DNA of 64,000 nt from Clostridia bacterium. GTDB taxonomy: Bacteria > Bacillota > Clostridia > Oscillospirales > Acutalibacteraceae. The notes below the pieces were generated by a model, which was given only the letters and a program-made list of their open reading frames with translations, had not been told where the DNA came from and searched no databases. Positions 58,230 to 64,000 of the stretch are shown here, piece after piece. The DNA lies in contig JAFQON010000047.1 in the NCBI GenBank assembly GCA_017403185.1, positions 9,253-73,252 of the forward strand, given 5' to 3'. Numbering within the stretch: the stretch's first letter is position 1; each line of letters begins with the position of its first letter. The translations under genes were made by a program, and so were the position numbers.

Positions 58230-59219
58230 TCACAGCTCTATTTTCCAAAAAGCAATATTGAGTCGCTCGTATGTATAAGAAATGTATAATGCGCCGTTCA
58301 TATAGTGCATTGAGGGGTATGAGAATTCGCTGTTAGGCTTCTCCTCTTCAAGAGTGAACACCGTTTCCCATGTTGCGCCGTTGTCGCAGGATTTCTGAAG
58401 TGTGAGAGGTGAGCGTTCGCCCCAGTTTTCGCTCACGGGGTTAGAGATGAGGTAAAGGTCGCCGCACGGCACTTTTACGATATCCAGTCCGCTGTTGTTG
58501 TTGGGCAAATCGGTAGGGTATGCCTGACACCAGCTTTCGCCGTAATCATCGGAGTCGCTTCTGTATGCCTTGCCGACTGCCGTTCTTGTGAGCATATGAA
58601 CCCTGCCGTTTTCGCTCTCCCACAGCGTGGGCTGAATCATGGGGATGAGGTTTGAGGTGTATTTGTTTTGGCTGTTGAGTATGGGGGCGGTGCGCTCGGT
58701 TTTTATTTTCTGGCCCTTGTGCCATGTCAGACCGTCATCAAAGGAGGTGTCAATAAAGCAGTTCCAGCCTCTGATTTCAGATGATGCCGGCGCAAGAATT
58801 CTGCCGTCTGAAAGGCGCAGACACTTGTTTTTTACGGGGCCTCTGCCGCCGCTTTTGTCACCGCTTACAAGTTCACGGGGCTCTCCGAAGGTTTTACCGC
58901 CGTCGGTTGAAACGCTCACAAAGGTGCGCCATGTGGGGATTCTTTTGCCGACCTTGAAGTAAAGCAGGATTTCGCCGTTCTCACGAAGGAACAGCACGGG
59001 GTTCCAATGGGGAATATGCTTTTTATAGCAGATGCTTTCGGGCTTACTCCAGCCGTTTTCGTCACGGCGTGAATACCATATATCAACATCCGTTGTTCCC
59101 TCTTTTTTTCCGCCGAACCACGCAGTCACAACGCTGCCGTCGGGCAGAGGAAGCACGGTTGTTGCGTGGCAGCTTGGAGTGGGCAGGGGGTTGCATACAA
59201 ATTCTTTGATTGTTTTCAT
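58230..59219 (-). CDS. BNR/Asp-box sialidase-fold protein
   Basis: CHATT, WFGG.KEG, WNPVL, Asp boxes STDGGKTF, SFDDGLTW, SDDYGESW, SCDNGATW; SYPS. Confidence 0.85.
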   Translation of the reverse strand: MKTIKEFVCNPLPTPSCHATTVLPLPDGSVVTAWFGGKKEGTTDVDIWYSRRDENGWSKPESICYKKHIPHWNPVLFLRENGEILLYFKVGKRIPTWRTFVSVSTDGGKTFGEPRELVSGDKSGGRGPVKNKCLRLSDGRILAPASSEIRGWNCFIDTSFDDGLTWHKGQKIKTERTAPILNSQNKYTSNLIPMIQPTLWESENGRVHMLTRTAVGKAYRSDSDDYGESWCQAYPTDLPNNNSGLDIVKVPCGDLYLISNPVSENWGERSPLTLQKSCDNGATWETVFTLEEEKPNSEFSYPSMHYMNGALYISYTYERLNIAFWKIEL

Positions 59220-59228
59220 AAAATCACC

Positions 59229-59447
59229 TTATAATTCAAAATCCGCAGGGTCTGCTCTTTCAACAAGAAGGGGCTTTTGGGGTCTGCGCTTGAGAGGGTC
59301 ATAGGAATATTTTCTGCATTTGCCGTCGGTTTCAACAATACCCTTTTTCACGCAGAGCACGCTTTTTTCATCGGGCGAGAGTCTGCCGTGAAGGCAGGTT
59401 TCGCACACGGCGGGATATTTTTTCTTTTCGAGAAGCTTCTTTTTCAC
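59229..59447 (-). CDS. Small Cys-containing hypothetical protein
   Basis: CETC...C...C, YDPLKRRP; AGGA RBS; 9 nt from the downstream gene. Confidence 0.7.
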   Translation of the reverse strand: MKKKLLEKKKYPAVCETCLHGRLSPDEKSVLCVKKGIVETDGKCRKYSYDPLKRRPQKPLLVERADPADFEL

Positions 59448-59486
59448 AATGCAACATCCTTTGTTGTTTGTTATCTAAATAAAATT

Positions 59487-60527
59487 TTAGCATATTTTGC
59501 GGCTGTTATCAAGGTCTAATATAAGAAGAAAGCAAAGTAAAAGAAGGGATATTGCGGCGGGTGCCGAGAAGGAGAAAGCAGCGGCGTTTTGTGAAAAAGA
59601 AAGAAAAACAGGCTGTTCAACGGGATGAAAATAAATAATGAGCCTGCACACGGCATATGCCGAAGCGGCGTGTATTAACCGAAATGTGCAAAAGGGCAGC
59701 TTCTTCAGCCCGAATTCACGCAGGAGCGAAAAAATCTGCAGGTGAACACACACGCCTCCGAATGCGCACACTGCGGCGATAACGGGCAGAGAGGCTTTGC
59801 CGACAGCTGCCGCACAGCCGTTTGTGACCTCGAGAAGGCAAAACAAAATCAGGCGTGCAGTTTCGTTTTTTATGCGGCTGTCCGCAACAGCGCATACACC
59901 CGAAAAAAGAGCAGTGAATGCGCACACGGTGAGCATCGCCTGAGAGGCGGAGGCGACACTGCCCACAACGGCGGCGGAAAAATCGGGGAACAGCCTGCCT
60001 TTGTTCACCGCAGCAGAATTGTTATCGGGGGTGAACCTGAAAAAAATCCCCGTAATAAGCGATGAAATGCAAAGCGAGGCAAATATTACCCGACCCGCTT
60101 CACGGGAGCAGAGCATGGCATTGCCCACTGCGTTCACGCTGAAGCCGAGCCCCGCATTGACGCAGAAATACATCATGCGTTCTGCGCTGCTTTGGGTAAG
60201 GGTTCCGTTTGAATAAAGGGTCTGAACCGCCTTTGCACCCGCAAGGTAGCCGCCCGTCTGGGCGATAATGATTGCGGGCAGGCATTCGGCAGGCAGGCGA
60301 AACAAAAATCGGCTCAGCGGGTCAAAAAGCCGTTTGATCCGTTCGGGCATATCTCCGCTTCCCGTGAGAGAAGAGGCAATGAGAAACGGGAAGAGAGACG
60401 GTATGATAATTCTCACACAGTTAATCAGCCCCGTGTTTATTCCCTTTATAAACTCCTCCGAAAATACAAAAAGCGCAGCAAACAAAAATATTCCCGCAAG
60501 CATTGCGGCAAAGCCGTTTTTCTTCAT
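59487..60527 (-). CDS. Sporulation integral membrane protein YlbJ-like
   Basis: IIPSLFPF, GGYLAGA, LLEVTNG, FGGVCVHLQ; adjacent to yqfCD. Confidence 0.75.
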   Translation of the reverse strand: MKKNGFAAMLAGIFLFAALFVFSEEFIKGINTGLINCVRIIIPSLFPFLIASSLTGSGDMPERIKRLFDPLSRFLFRLPAECLPAIIIAQTGGYLAGAKAVQTLYSNGTLTQSSAERMMYFCVNAGLGFSVNAVGNAMLCSREAGRVIFASLCISSLITGIFFRFTPDNNSAAVNKGRLFPDFSAAVVGSVASASQAMLTVCAFTALFSGVCAVADSRIKNETARLILFCLLEVTNGCAAAVGKASLPVIAAVCAFGGVCVHLQIFSLLREFGLKKLPFCTFRLIHAASAYAVCRLIIYFHPVEQPVFLSFSQNAAAFSFSAPAAISLLLLCFLLILDLDNSRKIC

Positions 60528-60614
60528 GCTTCACACCTCGCATATCTCTCAATTCTATGCGGATGCCGTTCTTTTTGATGATAGAAAATCATATTTTCTA
60601 TCGGAGGGATCTGA

Positions 60615-60911
60615 ATGAGAAAAAGAAACTGTAAATCCGAAAGCCGCAGTGAAAGAATTCTTGACTCTATAAGCCGCAGCCTTGATTTGCCGCAGGATAC
60701 TGTTTCGGGCTTTGCTCACATTGAGATAAGCGGTAACCGTGAGGTGATTGTGGAGGGCTGTCAGGGAGTGCTTGAATACGGCGAGTGTGCAATTGCGCTG
60801 AACACGGGCAGGCTTACCGTGCGCATATGCGGCTGTGAGCTTACGATAATCTCAATGCAAAACGGTCAGGCGGTTATCAAGGGAATAATCACGGGCGTTG
60901 AATACTGTTAG
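60615..60911 (+). CDS. yqfC: YabP/YqfC family sporulation protein
   Basis: IEISGNREVIVEGCQGVLEY; precedes yqfD. Confidence 0.85.
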   Translation: MRKRNCKSESRSERILDSISRSLDLPQDTVSGFAHIEISGNREVIVEGCQGVLEYGECAIALNTGRLTVRICGCELTIISMQNGQAVIKGIITGVEYC

Positions 60912-60920
60912 GAGGGGCGT

Positions 60921-62093
60921 ATGCTTGTATTAAGATTTTTTCGGTTTTTATTCGGCTTTGTCAGCTTTACAGCAACGGGCGGCTTCCCCGAAAGATTCAT
61001 AAATCTTTGCCGCATCAACAAAATAAATCTGTGGAATCTCAGAAGTGAAAATGCGGTAATTACCGCCTGCACCGATTGCACGGGATACCGCAGAATCCGC
61101 TCCGCCTCAAAAAAGTCAGGGATGCGTGTGAGGATAAAAAAGAAGCACGGTCTGCCGTTTTTTCTTAACCGACACAGCCACAGAGCGGGCATAATCCCCG
61201 GCATATGCTTCTGTGCAGCGTTGATATGTATTCTTTCAACAAGGATATGGAGCATTGATGTTACGGGCAATGTGAGAGTGCCTGCAGAGGAAATTACGGG
61301 TGTGTTTGAAGAGCTGGGAGTGAAAAAAGGCGTTTCGGGTGGCTCAATTGATATAAAATCGGTTGAAATAGAGGCACTTCGCAGGCTGCCTGAAATATCG
61401 TGGCTTAACATAAACATTGACGGCAGTGCTGCGAGAATCGAGGTAAGAGAAATTAATAAAACGGAAGTAAGCGACGGCGATGATGCGCCATCCGACATTG
61501 TTGCGGCCAGAGACGGGCAGATTGTTATACTCAGACCGTTCAACGGCACACAGGAGCAGCAAATCGGCAATGCCGTGCTTAAAGGGGATTTGCTGATAAG
61601 CGGAATTGAGGAGAATAAGGACCTGACCGTAAGCTTCTGCCGTGCAAGCGGTTATGTTGTGGCACGCACGGGCAGAAGAATTTCGGTTGAGCAGCCCATG
61701 AGGCTCAGCGCTGAAAAAATGACGGGGCAGCGAAAAAAATATATCCTTGATTTTCTTACCTTCTCCATTCCTTTTGGAAAAATAAGTGAAAATGCTTACA
61801 AAGAAAAAAAGGAACTTTTCATAAACGGTGTTACCCTGCCTGTGAGCATCACGGAATGCACCGAAATCTTGAGCGAAAAGGCGGAAATCACTCTCGGCAG
61901 CGAGCAAACGCAGATGCTTGCCGTGCTGAGGTTTTTTGAAAGCTGCACCGGGGAATTCGGATATCTGAAAACGGAAAGCGGCGTGATAACGGCAAATCAA
62001 GGTGAAAACTCATTCACCGTTGAGGGCGATTTTGTGTGCCTTGAAAATATCGGCAGAGAAATTCCCATGGATATTGAAGAAACGCCCTCTTGA
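60921..62093 (+). CDS. yqfD: Sporulation protein YqfD
   Basis: FGFV, PERFINLC, HGLPF, IWSIDVTGN, DIVAARDG, KGDLLISG. Confidence 0.88.
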   Translation: MLVLRFFRFLFGFVSFTATGGFPERFINLCRINKINLWNLRSENAVITACTDCTGYRRIRSASKKSGMRVRIKKKHGLPFFLNRHSHRAGIIPGICFCAALICILSTRIWSIDVTGNVRVPAEEITGVFEELGVKKGVSGGSIDIKSVEIEALRRLPEISWLNINIDGSAARIEVREINKTEVSDGDDAPSDIVAARDGQIVILRPFNGTQEQQIGNAVLKGDLLISGIEENKDLTVSFCRASGYVVARTGRRISVEQPMRLSAEKMTGQRKKYILDFLTFSIPFGKISENAYKEKKELFINGVTLPVSITECTEILSEKAEITLGSEQTQMLAVLRFFESCTGEFGYLKTESGVITANQGENSFTVEGDFVCLENIGREIPMDIEETPS

Positions 62094-62150
62094 TAAAACC
62101 GTTATATAAATGTATAATAGTATCACAGTCAAGCAAAAGAGGTGATTTCA

Positions 62151-63998
62151 GTGAATGAGCGTCTGCCCTATCTTCGCAAAAAATCCATGAGCCTGCCCCT
62201 TACACCCGGGGTCTATCTTATGAAGAACAAAAAGAATGAGATAATCTATGTGGGCAAGGCAAAGGCCCTCAAAAACAGAGTGAGCTCCTACTTCGGCTCA
62301 CAGAACAATCTGTGGATTAAGGTGCGCAGAATGGTTGAAAATGTTGAGGATTTTGACTATATTCTCTGCGACAGCGAATTTGAAGCACTCATTCTTGAAT
62401 GCTCGCTCATAAAGCAGCACAGCCCCAAATACAATATCCTTCTCAAGGATGACAAGGGCTATCACTATATAAAAATTACCCGCAACGGCTGGAAAAATTT
62501 CACTGCCGTCAAGCAAAGGCTTGATGACGGTGCGGAATATATCGGCCCTTACACAAATTCCTACGGCATTTCAAATGCCATAGATACGGCAAAAAAAATA
62601 TTCATGCTGCCGCAGTGCTCGAAGGTGTTTCCGAGGGATTACAATAAAAGCCGCCCGTGCCTTAATCATTTTATCGGTCAGTGTGCGGCGCCGTGTGCAG
62701 GCAAAATGAGTGAGGCGGCTCATTCTCAGGCTGTTGATGAGGCTATTGACTTCATAATAAACGGCTCAGGCAAGGCGATTGATACCCTGACCGAAAAGAT
62801 GACTCAGGCGGCGGAAAATCTTGAGTTTGAAAAGGCTGCCAAAATCAGGGATAAAATAAACGCAATCAAAAAAGTTACCGAAAAGCAAAAGGTGGTTGCC
62901 GCTTCGGTGGAGGAGCAGGATGTGTTTGCGGTTGTCTGCTCCGATTCGAAGGCTTGTCTTTCTGTTTTACGCTTCAGGGATTCAAGGCTCTATGACAGCG
63001 AGCATTTCATCATTGATTTGCCCGATGATATGCCCGAAGCGAGGCACGAGCTGATAAGAAGCTACTATTCGATGCGTGATTTTGTGCCGCGCAGAGTTGC
63101 CGTTGACGGCGAGGTTGACGGCTGTGAGCTGCTGAGCGAATGGCTTTCGTCGCTTGCAAAGCGTAAGGTCAGCATTGTTACACCTCAAAGGGGCGAGCAG
63201 CATTCGCTTATGGAGATGTGCCGCTCAAATGCGGCGCAGAAGCTTGCTTTGTATCTTGGCAAAACGGGCAAATCCACCGCCGCGCTTGATGAGCTCGGCA
63301 CTCTTTTGGGTCTTAAGGCTCCGCCCAAATTCATCGAATCCTACGATATTTCACACACCGCAGGCAGCGAAAATGTTGCGGGCATGGTTGTTTTCAAAGA
63401 CGGCTTGCCCCACAAAAAATCCTACCGCAGATTCAAAATCAAGGGCTTTACGGGTCAGGACGACTATGCTTCAATGGCAGAGGTCATCGAGCGCAGAGTT
63501 CTGCGCTATTTTGAAGAAAAAGATAGCGGTGAGGGCTTCGGCAGGCTGCCCGATTTGATTTTGCTTGACGGCGGCAGCGGTCAGGTGAATGCGGTAAAGC
63601 CGATACTCGAAAAATACAGCCTTGACATTCCTCTTTTCGGCATGGTCAAGGATTCTCACCACAAAACCCGTGCGATTGCCCTTTCGGGGGACGAGCTTTC
63701 TCTCACCTCAAAGCGGGCGGCGTTCACTCTTGTTTCCACCATTCAGGAGGAGGTGCACCGCTACTCTGTGGAATATCACCGCAGCCGCAGGAAGAAATCT
63801 GCTCTTTCATCAACCCTCACCTCAATCGAGGGTATAGGCGAAAGCCGCTGCAAGGCGCTTATGAAGCATTTCAAAACGGTCAAGGCGGTGTCTGAAGCGA
63901 GTGAAGAGGCTCTTGCATCTGTCAAGGGTATGAATAAAAACGCCGCAAAAGCGGTTTTTGAAGCGTTTCACGGCAAAAATACAGACAGTGAGCAGTAA
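62151..63998 (+). CDS. uvrC: Excinuclease ABC subunit C
   Basis: PGVYLMK, YVGKAK.LKNRVSSYF, PKYNILLKDDK, ESYDISH, LLDGG.GQ, HhH GIG. Confidence 0.97.
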   Translation: MNERLPYLRKKSMSLPLTPGVYLMKNKKNEIIYVGKAKALKNRVSSYFGSQNNLWIKVRRMVENVEDFDYILCDSEFEALILECSLIKQHSPKYNILLKDDKGYHYIKITRNGWKNFTAVKQRLDDGAEYIGPYTNSYGISNAIDTAKKIFMLPQCSKVFPRDYNKSRPCLNHFIGQCAAPCAGKMSEAAHSQAVDEAIDFIINGSGKAIDTLTEKMTQAAENLEFEKAAKIRDKINAIKKVTEKQKVVAASVEEQDVFAVVCSDSKACLSVLRFRDSRLYDSEHFIIDLPDDMPEARHELIRSYYSMRDFVPRRVAVDGEVDGCELLSEWLSSLAKRKVSIVTPQRGEQHSLMEMCRSNAAQKLALYLGKTGKSTAALDELGTLLGLKAPPKFIESYDISHTAGSENVAGMVVFKDGLPHKKSYRRFKIKGFTGQDDYASMAEVIERRVLRYFEEKDSGEGFGRLPDLILLDGGSGQVNAVKPILEKYSLDIPLFGMVKDSHHKTRAIALSGDELSLTSKRAAFTLVSTIQEEVHRYSVEYHRSRRKKSALSSTLTSIEGIGESRCKALMKHFKTVKAVSEASEEALASVKGMNKNAAKAVFEAFHGKNTDSEQ

Positions 63999-64000
63999 AT

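Overview
Chromosomal window from a spore-forming Clostridia-like Firmicute (gene content suggests Oscillospiraceae/Ruminococcaceae; this is an inference). It contains smpB-yhbY-rdgB-ftsY-dnaA transcribed divergently from rpmH-rnpA-yidD-yidC-jag, a complete shikimate/Phe/Tyr operon, a TPR/DUF4037/pseudokinase-sortase/nicotinamidase operon, the rimP-nusA-infB-rbfA-truB operon, a T-box-controlled stand-alone trpB, a group of glycoside hydrolases (GH43, GH29, GH110-like, GH31, GH95, BNR), transport and O-acylation genes, sporulation genes and uvrC. I saw no tRNA, rRNA, CRISPR array or intact mobile element. The most interesting signals are: (1) a single ORF fusing a Zn-ribbon and catalytically dead Ser/Thr kinase, through a TM helix, to an intact class B sortase, inside a translationally coupled operon with a TPR protein and a nucleotidyltransferase-like DUF4037 protein; (2) a 17-codon leader peptide MVKNVFSAAYFYFYFIK, absent from the ORF track, with a terminator ahead of the aro operon (ribosome-mediated Phe/Tyr attenuation); (3) a DnaA with an altered DNA-recognition helix, uncoupled from dnaN; (4) a ~115-bp hairpin repeat with 7-mer arms present twice; (5) an internally deleted RAYT-type transposase plus a GNAT gene inserted in the aro operon. 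All calls come from motif recognition by eye; no database searches were run.
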